NCBI GenBank assembly: GCA_017532425.1
Contig: JAFXJH010000019.1
Location: 1,029 to 65,028 of the forward strand
From: Clostridia bacterium
GTDB lineage: Bacteria; Bacillota; Clostridia; Oscillospirales; CAG-272
Length of the DNA: 64,000 nt
Reading direction: 5' to 3'
Program-made: the position numbers and the translations under genes
The notes under the pieces: generated by a model
The model's database searches: none
The model's input: only the letters and a program-made list of their open reading frames with translations
Told to the model about the DNA's origin: nothing
In this document: one piece after another, positions 33,955 to 43,922 of the stretch
Numbering within the stretch: the first letter of the stretch is position 1
Layout of the letters: the number at the start of each line of letters is the position of its first letter

Positions 33955-35427
33955 ATGACAAATATTTATCGCGATATTGCTACTCGCACCGGAGGCGATA
34001 TCTACGTTGGCGTTGTGGGACCGGTGCGCACGGGAAAATCTACGTTTATAAAAAGATTTATGGAAACGCTTGTGCTGCCGAATATATCGGACAATTATGA
34101 CAGAGAGCGTGCGAAGGACGAGATGCCTCAGTCGGCGGCCGGCAGGACAGTAATGACGACAGAACCAAAATTTATTCCCGATGAGGCAGTGAAAATATCG
34201 CTTGATGACGTTGCCTCTCTCAGCGTAAAAATGGTGGACTGCGTCGGATATATTGTTTCGGATGCACTTGGTCAGACGGAGGAAGGAAAACCGAGAATGG
34301 TGCTGACGCCTTGGTCAAGTAAGCCTCTGCCGTTCGGCGAAGCGGCGGAAATAGGCACGAAAAAGGTAATAACAGATCATAGCACGATAGGATTTGTAGT
34401 AACTACAGACGGAAGCGTGTGCGATATTCCGCGCTCACAGTATGAGGATGCGGAGCGCAGAGTTGTGAGCGAGCTTCGTCAGATGAATAAGCCGTTTGCC
34501 ATAATCTTAAATTCCGCTCACCCCGAAAGTCCGGAAAGCGAGGCACTTGCACTCGAGATCGAGGCAAGATACGGCGTGCCCGTTGCGCTTGTAAACTGTA
34601 TGACTCTCGACAGCGAGGATATTCGGCATATACTCGAGCTCGTGCTTCTTGAATTTCCGATCTCGGAGATCTCGATAGACCTGCCCGAGTGGACTCTTGC
34701 CCTTGAAAGCGATCATCCGATAATCGATTCTCTCAGAAAGGATATCGTAGACTGCGCGGGAAAAATAAGCAAAATAGGACAGATCAAAAACGCCTTTGCG
34801 AGTCTTGAAGAAAACGATTACGTATTATCGGCGACGGTAAACGATATAGACCTCGGAAACGGAAGGGCGCAGATGGCTATCACACTTGATCCGGAGCTCT
34901 ATTTCAAGGTGATAAGCGAGATGACCGGTCTTGAGATTTCGGATGAGGAAACTCTGATAGATACCTTTAAAAATCTCGCTTCGATCAAAGCGAAATACGA
35001 TAGAATATCTCAGGCACTCAGCGATGCCGAAAGTAAGGGATACGGCATAATAGTGCCAGAGATCGAGGATATGCACCTTGAAGAGCCGAAGCTTGTAAAG
35101 CATTCAGGTGGATACGGCGTGCGACTTAAAGCAAGCGCTCCGTCGATACATATGATAAAAGCAACGCTCGAGACCGAAATAAATCCGGTAGTCGGAAGTG
35201 AGCAGCAGAGCGAGGATCTTATAAAATATCTGCTCAGCGAGTTTGACGAGGACCCGACGAAGATATGGGGAACGAACCTTTTCGGAAAGACTCTGCACGA
35301 GCTTGTGAACGAGGGACTGCTTGCAAAGCTTGCAAACGTGCCCGATAATGCACGCGAAAAGCTGTCCGAAACGCTTAGCCGCATTGTAAACGAGGGAAGC
35401 GGCGGACTTATATGTATAATTCTTTAA
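33955..35427 (+). CDS. spoIVA: Stage IV sporulation protein A (spore coat morphogenetic ATPase)
   Basis: Contains IYRDIATRTGGDIYVGVVGPVRTGKSTFIKRFME and MPQSAAGRTVMTTEPKFIP, with the C-terminal GGLICII. Confidence 0.95.
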   Translation: MTNIYRDIATRTGGDIYVGVVGPVRTGKSTFIKRFMETLVLPNISDNYDRERAKDEMPQSAAGRTVMTTEPKFIPDEAVKISLDDVASLSVKMVDCVGYIVSDALGQTEEGKPRMVLTPWSSKPLPFGEAAEIGTKKVITDHSTIGFVVTTDGSVCDIPRSQYEDAERRVVSELRQMNKPFAIILNSAHPESPESEALALEIEARYGVPVALVNCMTLDSEDIRHILELVLLEFPISEISIDLPEWTLALESDHPIIDSLRKDIVDCAGKISKIGQIKNAFASLEENDYVLSATVNDIDLGNGRAQMAITLDPELYFKVISEMTGLEISDEETLIDTFKNLASIKAKYDRISQALSDAESKGYGIIVPEIEDMHLEEPKLVKHSGGYGVRLKASAPSIHMIKATLETEINPVVGSEQQSEDLIKYLLSEFDEDPTKIWGTNLFGKTLHELVNEGLLAKLANVPDNAREKLSETLSRIVNEGSGGLICIIL

Positions 35428-35449
35428 AGAGGTCTGCGGTAAAGTAAAT

Positions 35450-35728
35450 ATGGGAAAATGCTCTTTTTATGACCTTCGCGAAAAGGAAGTCGTGAATATT
35501 TGCGACGGAAGGCGCTTCGGATACGTGTGCGATATGGAAATAGATACGATATGCGGATCGATATGCGCGCTGATCGTTCCGGGAGAGTTTAAATTTTTCG
35601 GATTCTCAAGGTGTAACGACTACGTCATTCCGTGGGAATGTGTCGAGCAGATAGGCGGGGATATCATTCTCGTAAGGGTAGTGAATCTTATTCCGAGAGA
35701 AAAAAACGGTAGGAAAAAGAAAAATTAA
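35450..35728 (+). CDS. YlmC/YmxH-family sporulation protein (PRC barrel)
   Basis: 92 aa. Contains DLREKEVVNICDGRRFGYVCDMEID..G.I.ALIVPG. Confidence 0.8.
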   Translation: MGKCSFYDLREKEVVNICDGRRFGYVCDMEIDTICGSICALIVPGEFKFFGFSRCNDYVIPWECVEQIGGDIILVRVVNLIPREKNGRKKKN

Positions 35729-35769
35729 AACGGCATTGCCGAGATGCGGGGACTGCGTCCTGACCGTAA

Positions 35770-36567
35770 TTAATTGCGAGAGTCTATGGATTTTTTATAG
35801 TCTCTCGGACTAACACCAAACTCCTTTTTAAACATATGGCTCAGATAATGCTCGTTACAAAATCCCAGAGTCTGAGCTATTTCGTATAGAGTTATGTTGG
35901 GGTAATCGTTTAAATATTGCTTTGTGCATTTTAATTTATGATGCAAGATGTACTGATGCATCGGCATACCGTACGTCTCTTTGAAAATATTTTCAACAGT
36001 TCTCTGACAGAGATGAAAATGCGAAGCGATCTCCTTGTTTGTTTGGCTACCGTTTGTGTAAAGAATATAATCCCTGATCTGACTTGCAAGAGTTGGCTTA
36101 TCGACGCTTGATGAGATACGGCTTAGTTCATACAGTAGTGTATTTACGTAAGACGTTGCAAGTGTAGAATCGCCCTTGAGCTGTGTGAGTCCCTGAAAGA
36201 GCGTTCTGATGTGAGGAGCGCTTCCTGCGTTTATCAAATGGTCTAAAGTAACGTATTCCGATGCGCCTGAGTTGTCAATGTCTCTGCCGTCGCCTGCTTC
36301 TGGATAGATATGAAAATAGATTATTTTAGTGTTTGGTGAACACGGGGTGACGCCGCGATGCGTTATGTTGGCGGGAAGAAAAACAATGTCGTTTTTCTTC
36401 AAAGGTATGACCTTGTTTTGCAAAGATACACACCACTCCCCCTCAAGCATATAGAAAAAATCGTGAACGTCAAGATTTCTTGTATCGTGAATGTGGGGTG
36501 CTTTAAACTGAAGCTGATTCGCTCGCTGAAGTTTTCTTGTGTTGGTTACCGAAAGTATATATGACAT
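35770..36567 (-). CDS. AraC-family transcriptional regulator
   Basis: Cupin-like N-terminus. C-terminal HTH is IASHFHLCQRTVENIFKE..IAQTLGFCNEHYLSHMFKKEFGVSPRDY. The gene is divergent from the GH127 gene. Confidence 0.9.
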   Translation of the reverse strand: MSYILSVTNTRKLQRANQLQFKAPHIHDTRNLDVHDFFYMLEGEWCVSLQNKVIPLKKNDIVFLPANITHRGVTPCSPNTKIIYFHIYPEAGDGRDIDNSGASEYVTLDHLINAGSAPHIRTLFQGLTQLKGDSTLATSYVNTLLYELSRISSSVDKPTLASQIRDYILYTNGSQTNKEIASHFHLCQRTVENIFKETYGMPMHQYILHHKLKCTKQYLNDYPNITLYEIAQTLGFCNEHYLSHMFKKEFGVSPRDYKKSIDSRN

Positions 36568-36667
36568 ACAAAGTAGCTGCTCCTTCTTGTTTTCTTTATT
36601 ATATATGTTTTCTTTTGTTTCGTCAATATATTTGCGCTTTTACGTATATTAAATACGCTTTTATTAA

Positions 36668-36696
36668 TAGACAAAATAAGAATGCATTGATATAAT
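36668..36696 (+). promoter_or_regulatory. sigma-A type promoter of the GH127 gene
   Basis: TAGACA (36668-36673), 17-nt spacer, TATAAT (36691-36696), preceded by TGA (extended -10). Confidence 0.5.
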
Positions 36697-36746
36697 ATGC
36701 GTATACGAAAGTTGTTCGATCGTTATAACAGAAACAATAAGGATGG

Positions 36747-38660
36747 ATGCTCAATATGTTAAAAAAATTCAGACATACAGAAGGACTTCTGGCAAGATAC
36801 GCAAGGCTTGTCTGTGACACCGTTGTTCCGTATCAGGAAAGAGCGATCAGAGATGAGATAGAGGGGGTAGTTCCCAGCTATGCTATTGAGAATTTTAAAA
36901 ATGCTGCCATTCTCAATAAGACGGGCGTAAAGCCTGCCGGCGGTGATCATAAAGGCTGCGTATTTCAAGATAGTGACGTTGCAAAATGGATAGAGGCAGC
37001 GGCATATTCTCTTTCGGTTAAGCCGGATGCCGAGCTTGAAAAACGCCTGGATGAGGTGTGCGAGCTTATAGGAGAGGCGCAGGAGGCTGATGGATATCTC
37101 GATACTCACTTTACGCTTAACAGACCAAAAGAGAAGTTTACCGAACTTGTAGGCGGTCACGAGCTCTACTGCTCAGGTCATATGATAGAAGCGGCCGTTG
37201 CACTTTACGAGATCACAGGAAAGAAAAAACTGCTTGACACCGTATGTAAAAACGCAGATATGCTCTACCGTGTTTTTGTTACAGAGGGTCGTGAGGGATA
37301 TCCGGGGCATCCCGAAATAGAGCTTGCTCTTTTGAGACTTTGGCGCGTGACGAATGAAGATCGATATATGGAGCTTGCAAAGCATTTTATTGATATTCGC
37401 GGAATCGATACGGATTTCTTTAATAAGGAGTACCGTCGCCTGGGTATCAATATTATATACGACAATCACTATTCTCAGTGCCACGCACCTGTAAGACAGC
37501 AAAGTGACGCCGTGGGACACGCGGTAAGGGCGGCATATCTTTATACAGCAATGGCAGATCTTGCAGCTATTACAGACGATAAGGAGCTTGAAGATGCTTG
37601 CTTCAGACTGTTTGAGAGTATTGAAAAGCGTCGTATGTATATTACAGGCGGAATAGGCTCCTCCTATCACGGAGAAGCATTTACAGCTGATTACGATCTT
37701 CCGAGCGATACTGCATATACAGAGACCTGCGCTTCTATCGCTTTGATATTCTTTGCTTCCAAGCTGCTCAAGCTCAGACGTGAAGGAAGAATAGCAGACG
37801 TAATGGAACGAGCTTTGTATAACACCGTTCTTGCAGGAATAGAGCTTGACGGAAAAAAGTTTTTCTACGTAAATCCTCTTGAGGTGCTTCCCGGAATTTC
37901 GGGTAATATACCTACGCACAGACATGCGCTTCCACAAAGACCGGGATGGTACGGTTGCGCTTGCTGTCCGCCCAATACCGCACGTTTGATTGGATCTGTT
38001 GCAAATTATGCGTGGGATGAGCAGGACGGGATACTTTATTCTAATTTGTTTGCATCCGGAGAGCTTACGCTTTCAAACGTTACTCTCGAGGTGGAGACAG
38101 ATTATCCGTTTGGGGATACTGTGAAATACAAGGTAAAAAAAGGAAGTACAAAGCTTGCTATCCATATTCCCGCTTTTACTTTGAAGAATTATTCGGTATC
38201 TGCGCACGGCGAACTTAAAAGCGGATATTACTATCTTGAAGTAAATGAAGGCGACGAGGTTACAGTTAAAGTAGAAATGATTCCTCGACTTTACCGTTCG
38301 AATACAAGAGTGGCATCTAACAGCGGCAAGGCTGCGGTAATGGTAGGACCTGTCGTTTACTGTGCCGAAGAGAAGGATAACGGAGACGTTCTTGGATTTT
38401 CATTCAGAAGCTCTGCCGAGCTTAAGCTGAATAAAGAAACTCCTGAGCAGATCGGAGGATTTTACTCCGAGGCCAGCGATCTTGGAGCGGTATATACGGT
38501 TACGGCAGAGGGTCAACAAACGGTTATGGATAACGCAAGTGATCTGTATTTTACAGACGAATACCGTAAGGAAGAAAAAACACTTAAACTGATTCCGTAC
38601 TTTATGTGGGGAAATCGCGGACTTAATCAAATGAGAGTCTGGATGCCTGTGGAATTGTAA
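36747..38660 (+). CDS. GH127 (DUF1680) beta-L-arabinofuranosidase-like
   Basis: Contains QDSDVAKWIEAAAYSL and ELYCSGHMIEAAVALYEITG, plus the conserved Cys cluster GWYGCACCPPNTARL. The start could be 36747 or the ATG at 36756. Confidence 0.8.
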   Translation: MLNMLKKFRHTEGLLARYARLVCDTVVPYQERAIRDEIEGVVPSYAIENFKNAAILNKTGVKPAGGDHKGCVFQDSDVAKWIEAAAYSLSVKPDAELEKRLDEVCELIGEAQEADGYLDTHFTLNRPKEKFTELVGGHELYCSGHMIEAAVALYEITGKKKLLDTVCKNADMLYRVFVTEGREGYPGHPEIELALLRLWRVTNEDRYMELAKHFIDIRGIDTDFFNKEYRRLGINIIYDNHYSQCHAPVRQQSDAVGHAVRAAYLYTAMADLAAITDDKELEDACFRLFESIEKRRMYITGGIGSSYHGEAFTADYDLPSDTAYTETCASIALIFFASKLLKLRREGRIADVMERALYNTVLAGIELDGKKFFYVNPLEVLPGISGNIPTHRHALPQRPGWYGCACCPPNTARLIGSVANYAWDEQDGILYSNLFASGELTLSNVTLEVETDYPFGDTVKYKVKKGSTKLAIHIPAFTLKNYSVSAHGELKSGYYYLEVNEGDEVTVKVEMIPRLYRSNTRVASNSGKAAVMVGPVVYCAEEKDNGDVLGFSFRSSAELKLNKETPEQIGGFYSEASDLGAVYTVTAEGQQTVMDNASDLYFTDEYRKEEKTLKLIPYFMWGNRGLNQMRVWMPVEL

Positions 38661-38685
38661 AAATATTTGCATAATATTGTTTAGT

Positions 38686-38712
38686 AAAAAGCACTGCAGA
38701 GCAGTGCTTTTT
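38686..38712 (+). terminator. Rho-independent terminator after the GH127 gene
   Basis: AAAAAGCACTGC, loop aga, GCAGTGCTTTTT. Confidence 0.8.
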
Positions 38713-38751
38713 GCGTCTTATATTATATGCCGACTTTTTATCACATTTTTA

Positions 38752-38780
38752 TTTACAAAAGGAAAAAACTGTGATATAAT
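38752..38780 (+). promoter_or_regulatory. sigma-A type promoter
   Basis: TTTACA (38752-38757), 17-nt spacer, TATAAT (38775-38780), with extended TG (tgtgaTATAAT). Confidence 0.6.
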
Positions 38781-38856
38781 CAAAATACAAGCAAATAATA
38801 TTTGAATTTATATGAAAGGACAGCTTCGATTTAAAAAACGAAGCACGGTGATAACA

Positions 38857-40782
38857 ATGAGATACAGACCCGTTGCCGTTCCGCTTGTAACAGTTGACCC
38901 ATTTTTCTCGATCTGGTCGTGTGACGACGCTCTTTACGGAGGACCCACACAGCACTGGTCGGGTAAGCTCTGCCCGATAACCGCAGGAATTCTCGTAGGC
39001 GGAGAATTCGTTTCCATGGGAGCGTTCGAGCCTAATGGAAGAGCGATCAAGCGCCGCGCATATCAGACAGGCCTTAAGATCACTCCCACAAGCTCGATAT
39101 ACGAGTTTGAAAACGAGCTTGCAAAGGTTACTCTTACCTTTACGACTCCTCTCCTTCTTAACAGACTCGATATAATGACACGCCCCGTAAGCTACGTGGC
39201 GTATAAGATAGAGAGCAAGACTCAGAGACCGATAAGATTCGTGTTCGGTGTAAGCTCACGCGCGTGCGTAGATAACATAGGACAGAGCGTTTCCTTCAGC
39301 CGTACAAAATGCTCGGTAAGATGCGGAAATACATGTCAGACCCCTCTTGCACAGTCGGGCGATAACGTAATGATAGACTGGGGATATCTCCATATCTGCG
39401 ATAAGACCGCAATGCCCGGAAAGATAGCAGCTCAGAACAGAATCGAGGCATATCCGATAAACCGTACCTACGACGCTTTTAATGAAGAGCCCTACCTTAT
39501 GGTAATAAAGGACGAGCAGGAAGGCGTAGTTACTCTCGGATACGACGAGATCAAGCCTATCGAATATTTCGGCGATCAGCTTGATGAATATTATACCAAG
39601 TATTTTGACAGCTTTGAGGATATGCTCCTTGCAGCACATAATCAGTATTCCGAGATCAAGGCGCTTTGCGATGAGTTTGACGCATCTCTTACGGCAGAGA
39701 CCTCCGCACTCAGCGAGGATTACGAAAAGATAACCTCTCTCGCATACCGTCAGGCGATTGCGGCACATAAGCTCGTTGAGGATACAGAGGGCAATATCAT
39801 CTTCCTTTCCAAGGAAGACGACTCCAACGGATGTATAGGCACGCTTGACGTTACATATCCGTCGATCCCGCTCTTCCTTAAGTATAACCCCGAGCTTGTA
39901 AAGGGTATGCTCAGACCTATCATAAAGTATGCTAAATCGGACGTCTGGACCTTCGATTTCACACCTCACGACGTAGGACAGTATCCGCTTGCAAACGGTC
40001 AGGTATACGGAACTTATCCCTTCAAGATCTGGGATATTGATTCTTACAGAATCTACGGAAAACTCGCATTCGAAAAGCAGATGCCTATCGAGGAAGCGGG
40101 AAATATGCTCCTTTGCCTTGCGGCAGTAAAGAAATATTCGGGCGGAGATCAGAGTCTTTTCGATGCCGATAAGGAGATCATGAAGCAGTGGACTGATTAT
40201 CTCGTAAAATACGGCTACGATCCCGAAAATCAGCTCTGCACGGACGACTTTGCAGGACATCTCGCAAGAAACTGCAACCTCAGCGTTAAGGCTATACTCG
40301 GTATCGCGGCATACGCATCTCTTTCGGGCGACGATTCCTATATGGATATCGCAAGAGAGTACGCAAAGAAATGGGAGATCGATGCAAAGGCATCTCACGG
40401 CGCTACACGCCTGACCTTCGACGGCGAGGATACCTGGAGTCTTAAATATAATATCGTTTGGGACGACCTTCTCGGATATAACCTCTTCTCCGATGAGGTA
40501 AAGAAGGCTGAGATAGAGCTCTATAAGACGAAGTTCAACCGCTACGGCGTTCCGCTTGACAGTAGAGCTGACTTCACAAAGATCGACTGGCTTATGTGGG
40601 CAACATGCATACATAAGGATAAGGAATTCTTTGACGAGGTATGCGCAAGCATGATGAGAATGATAAACGAGACGGTAGACAGAGTTCCGCTTACCGACTG
40701 GTACTTTACAAGCACAGCGGCATTCCGCGCGTTCAGAAACAGAAGTGTAGTCGGCGGACTTTTCATAAATCTTCTTGACTGA
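38857..40782 (+). CDS. DUF4965/DUF1793 (glutaminase A-like) family protein, probable glycoside hydrolase
   Basis: The N-terminus MRYRPVAVPLVTVDPFFSIWSCDD..HWSGK is characteristic of this family as recalled. The start is 38857 (weak GGTGA RBS) or 38812 (no RBS). Confidence 0.6.
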   Translation: MRYRPVAVPLVTVDPFFSIWSCDDALYGGPTQHWSGKLCPITAGILVGGEFVSMGAFEPNGRAIKRRAYQTGLKITPTSSIYEFENELAKVTLTFTTPLLLNRLDIMTRPVSYVAYKIESKTQRPIRFVFGVSSRACVDNIGQSVSFSRTKCSVRCGNTCQTPLAQSGDNVMIDWGYLHICDKTAMPGKIAAQNRIEAYPINRTYDAFNEEPYLMVIKDEQEGVVTLGYDEIKPIEYFGDQLDEYYTKYFDSFEDMLLAAHNQYSEIKALCDEFDASLTAETSALSEDYEKITSLAYRQAIAAHKLVEDTEGNIIFLSKEDDSNGCIGTLDVTYPSIPLFLKYNPELVKGMLRPIIKYAKSDVWTFDFTPHDVGQYPLANGQVYGTYPFKIWDIDSYRIYGKLAFEKQMPIEEAGNMLLCLAAVKKYSGGDQSLFDADKEIMKQWTDYLVKYGYDPENQLCTDDFAGHLARNCNLSVKAILGIAAYASLSGDDSYMDIAREYAKKWEIDAKASHGATRLTFDGEDTWSLKYNIVWDDLLGYNLFSDEVKKAEIELYKTKFNRYGVPLDSRADFTKIDWLMWATCIHKDKEFFDEVCASMMRMINETVDRVPLTDWYFTSTAAFRAFRNRSVVGGLFINLLD

Positions 40783-40805
40783 CGTAATTAAATAATATAA
40801 AATAC

Positions 40806-40832
40806 AAAAACCGCAGAACTTCTGCGGTTTTT
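40806..40832. terminator. Bidirectional terminator
   Basis: AAAAA-CCGCAGA, loop act, TCTGCGG-TTTTT. Confidence 0.8.
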
Positions 40833-40856
40833 GTTGTTTTGATAAGCAAATTGTAA

Positions 40857-41261
40857 TTATTTTTTGTCAGATGTTTCTAAGAATTTCTTTGCTTCTTCAA
40901 GTATTGCCTTAATCACTCCGGCTACTCCACCGAAAGTAGGAGATAACCCGTCCGGAAAAGCTGTTATAAATCCAAAAATATCGGAAACGGTAATAGCCAA
41001 TCCGCCAATTAAGAAGAACCAAATGAAAAATTTTATCTGTTCGTAAGATGCGTTATTTCCTATTCCTTTGAACAATAATTTCGTGAAAAAGTATATTACA
41101 AAGAAAAAAATCGGCACAAGAACAAGGACGGTTATTCTGTCAACACCTTCTCTGTAGATTAACGTTAGTGTTCCGAATATAATAAAAAGAAGTACGTAAA
41201 TAACAAAAATAAGGTATCTCTTTTCAACTAACTTTTTAAGCATTTTTTTCCTCCGTTTCAA
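40857..41261 (-). CDS. Small membrane protein (3-4 TM), unknown function
   Basis: 134 aa with hydrophobic segments. It starts 6 nt downstream of the GH43 gene, and its codon usage is AT-rich relative to neighbours. Confidence 0.5.
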   Translation of the reverse strand: MKRRKKMLKKLVEKRYLIFVIYVLLFIIFGTLTLIYREGVDRITVLVLVPIFFFVIYFFTKLLFKGIGNNASYEQIKFFIWFFLIGGLAITVSDIFGFITAFPDGLSPTFGGVAGVIKAILEEAKKFLETSDKK

Positions 41262-41267
41262 ATGTTA

Positions 41268-42473
41268 TTAATTCTTCAGCTTAATAACATCGCCTGTCGT
41301 ATCTACCTCGATGCAATATACGTTCTTCTGCTTGATAGGTCCGTGGAAGGTTATCATAAGTCTTCCGTCAGCATCTCTGAACATAAATCCGTGTCCTCCG
41401 TCGCGTCCGTAGCGATAGTCGCCGATTCCGCGTGCAAATACGCATTCCTCCTGCTGTACCCAAGGACCAAGGATGCCGTTATCAGAGTATGCAACGCCGA
41501 TGCAGTATTCTCCCGAGATCCAACCCGACCAGATCATAGCAAGCTTTCCGCTTTCGAAACGGTGGACAAAAGGACCGTCGGTTACGTTGTTCTTGGGATT
41601 CCAAGGAGCATCGTTTGCATAGAAGAGCGTTGTTATCTCGCCCTCGAATGCGGTGAGGTCGTCGGTCAGACGGCAAGCGCACATGCTTCCGATGTGATCG
41701 GGCATAGAGGTCCATTCGTGAACGAATACCATCCAGGGATCGCCGTTTTCGTCAACGTAAAGCGTGTTGTCAATGCAGTCCCAATCGGAGGGCGTGAGAT
41801 GACCGTTTGTTATAAGCTCGTACTTTCCGTCGGGCTTGTCACAGCGGAATATAGCGCATCCGCGGTGTCCGCTCTTTTCCGAGAAATAGGTTGCGAAAAT
41901 ATAGAATTTGCCCTTGTATTCCCAAATTTCGGGCGCCCAGTAATGGCTTATTCCGTCGAATGCGGGGTTTGTACACTCCTGCGCGTTGAAGGCGTGTATC
42001 GGCTCGCCCCAATCGTACATATTGTCGCTTACGTATATCTCGTATCCGTTATTGGCATTACCGCCGTGATATGTGCAGACGAAGCTGCAGAGATAATATT
42101 TTCCGTCGTGACAAAGAATGCTCGGGTCACTCGTTATCATAACCTTTGTGTCGATATGGAGATCTTCAAGATAGGGCGTTTCTCCCATATGGCTGCGGAT
42201 AAGACGCTGTGCGGCATAGTAGAGAGTTTCAAGATTTCCCGCGATAAGAGTAACGCTTTCCTTTTCGCAGGAAACGTCAATGCTGTAGCTCTTGAATTCA
42301 AGAGAAGAGTCGACCGCGAGAGTGATAGAGGGACAGCCTGCGTCCTCGGTATCCTCGAGCGAAATACTGTATTTTTTGAGAACAGCCTCGCGTATGATAT
42401 CTGCGATCTCTTTTGTTTCCTCGCTGGAAACGATCTTGAGCGAAGCAATCGGTAAAAGCTTGTTGTTTTTCAT
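41268..42473 (-). CDS. GH43-family glycoside hydrolase (arabinofuranosidase/xylosidase-like) with an extra ~100-aa N-terminal domain
   Basis: Contains SDPSILCHDGKYYL, YWAPEIWEYKGKFYIFATY, DCIDNTLYVDENGDPWMVF and VTDGPFV. Confidence 0.75.
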   Translation of the reverse strand: MKNNKLLPIASLKIVSSEETKEIADIIREAVLKKYSISLEDTEDAGCPSITLAVDSSLEFKSYSIDVSCEKESVTLIAGNLETLYYAAQRLIRSHMGETPYLEDLHIDTKVMITSDPSILCHDGKYYLCSFVCTYHGGNANNGYEIYVSDNMYDWGEPIHAFNAQECTNPAFDGISHYWAPEIWEYKGKFYIFATYFSEKSGHRGCAIFRCDKPDGKYELITNGHLTPSDWDCIDNTLYVDENGDPWMVFVHEWTSMPDHIGSMCACRLTDDLTAFEGEITTLFYANDAPWNPKNNVTDGPFVHRFESGKLAMIWSGWISGEYCIGVAYSDNGILGPWVQQEECVFARGIGDYRYGRDGGHGFMFRDADGRLMITFHGPIKQKNVYCIEVDTTGDVIKLKN

Positions 42474-42651
42474 AATAAAGCAGTTCCTTTCTTTGTTATG
42501 TATTTATATAGTATCATAAGCTTACTACATAATTCAAGAAAAAATTTAATTAAAAAACGACATTTATTAATCTTTGGAAGATCTTACTCGCCCTCTTTAT
42601 ATCATATAAAAGGGCTGTTGTCAATATAAATTGGAAATTTAAGAAAAAGTC

Positions 42652-42695
42652 TTGACAAATCGACTTAAACTGTATATAATCGAAATATACAGTTT
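42652..42695 (+). promoter_or_regulatory. Consensus sigma-A promoter overlapped by a perfect 11-bp inverted repeat (candidate YtrA-type operator)
   Basis: TTGACA (42652-42657), 17-nt spacer, TATAAT (42675-42680). The inverted repeat AAACTGTATAT-aatcgaa-ATATACAGTTT spans 42667-42695. Confidence 0.7.
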
Positions 42696-42711
42696 TAACA
42701 GAGGTGATGAC

Positions 42712-43089
42712 GTGAATATCTTAATAGACAATAAAAGCGGAGAGCCGATATATAATCAGATATATAATCAGATAAAAAATCAGATAATAGGCGGAGACCT
42801 CAAAGAAAACGAGATGCTTCCGTCGATAAGAGGTCTTGCAAAGGATCTTCGGATAAGCTTTATCACGACCAAGCGTGCGTACGATGAGCTTGAAAAGGAA
42901 GGCTTTATTTATACGCTTCCCGCAAAGGGATGCTACGTTGCACCAAAAAACGTGGAGCTTCTGCGCGAGGAAAATCTCAAAAAGATAGAGGGGCATATCG
43001 AAGAGATATCAAGGCTTGCGGCATCCTGCAATCTGAAAAGAGAGGATATTATTGAAATGATCAATTTCTGTATGGAGGAAGAAGAATGA
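42712..43089 (+). CDS. GntR-family (YtrA subfamily) transcriptional regulator
   Basis: The GTG at 42712 follows AGAGGTGA. Contains PIYNQIYNQIKNQIIGGDLKENEMLPSIRGLAKDLRISFITTKRAYDELEKEGFI. Confidence 0.85.
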   Translation: MNILIDNKSGEPIYNQIYNQIKNQIIGGDLKENEMLPSIRGLAKDLRISFITTKRAYDELEKEGFIYTLPAKGCYVAPKNVELLREENLKKIEGHIEEISRLAASCNLKREDIIEMINFCMEEEE

Positions 43090-43922
43090 ATGCACTTGAA
43101 CTGAATAACGTAAGCAGATCCTTTACGGGATTTTGTCTTGATAATATAGATCTGACCTTGCCAAGCGGATGTATAATGGGGCTTGTGGGCGAAAACGGAG
43201 CAGGGAAAAGCACGACGATAAAGCTGATTCTGAATATGCTTCATAAGGATAGCGGTACGATCACCATACTCGGACGGGATAACGGCGAAAATATAAGGCT
43301 TATCAAGGAAGACGTTGGCGTTGTGATGGACGATGTCGGAATTCCCGAATGTCTTACGGCAAAGCAGGTCGGTAAGGTGATGAAGCATACCTTCCGAAAT
43401 TGGGATCAGAATGAATACGTAAGACTGCTTGAAAAGCTCTCTCTGCCCGACAATAAGCCGTTCGGGGAGTTTTCGCGCGGTATGAGAATGAAGCTCGGAA
43501 TAGCTGTTGCTATGTCACACGGAGCAAAGCTTCTTCTTCTCGATGAGCCGACAAGCGGACTCGACCCGGTGGTGCGCGACGAGGTGGTCGAAATGTTCTA
43601 CGATTTTACAAGGGATGAGGAGCATTCTATACTGATATCCTCTCACATCGTAAGCGACCTTGAAAAGCTTTGCGATTATATCGCGTTTTTGCATAAAGGA
43701 AAGCTTCTTCTTTGCGAGGAAAAGGACAAACTGCTTTCCGAATACGGGATAATACACTGTACTCCGGAGCAGCTTTGCGAGGTGGGAGAAATAAAGTATA
43801 AAAAAGAAACACCTTACGGCGTGGAGGTCATAGTTTTGCGCGAAAAAGCTTCGGATAAATTCAAAATAAGTCCGATAAGCATAGAAGAGCTCTTTGTTTT
43901 TATGGTAAAGGAGGCGAGATAA
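43086..43922 (+). CDS. ABC transporter ATP-binding protein
   Basis: Walker A GENGAGKST, signature FSRGMRMKL and Walker B LLLLDEPTSGLD. The start overlaps the GntR stop codon. Confidence 0.9.
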   Translation: MNALELNNVSRSFTGFCLDNIDLTLPSGCIMGLVGENGAGKSTTIKLILNMLHKDSGTITILGRDNGENIRLIKEDVGVVMDDVGIPECLTAKQVGKVMKHTFRNWDQNEYVRLLEKLSLPDNKPFGEFSRGMRMKLGIAVAMSHGAKLLLLDEPTSGLDPVVRDEVVEMFYDFTRDEEHSILISSHIVSDLEKLCDYIAFLHKGKLLLCEEKDKLLSEYGIIHCTPEQLCEVGEIKYKKETPYGVEVIVLREKASDKFKISPISIEELFVFMVKEAR

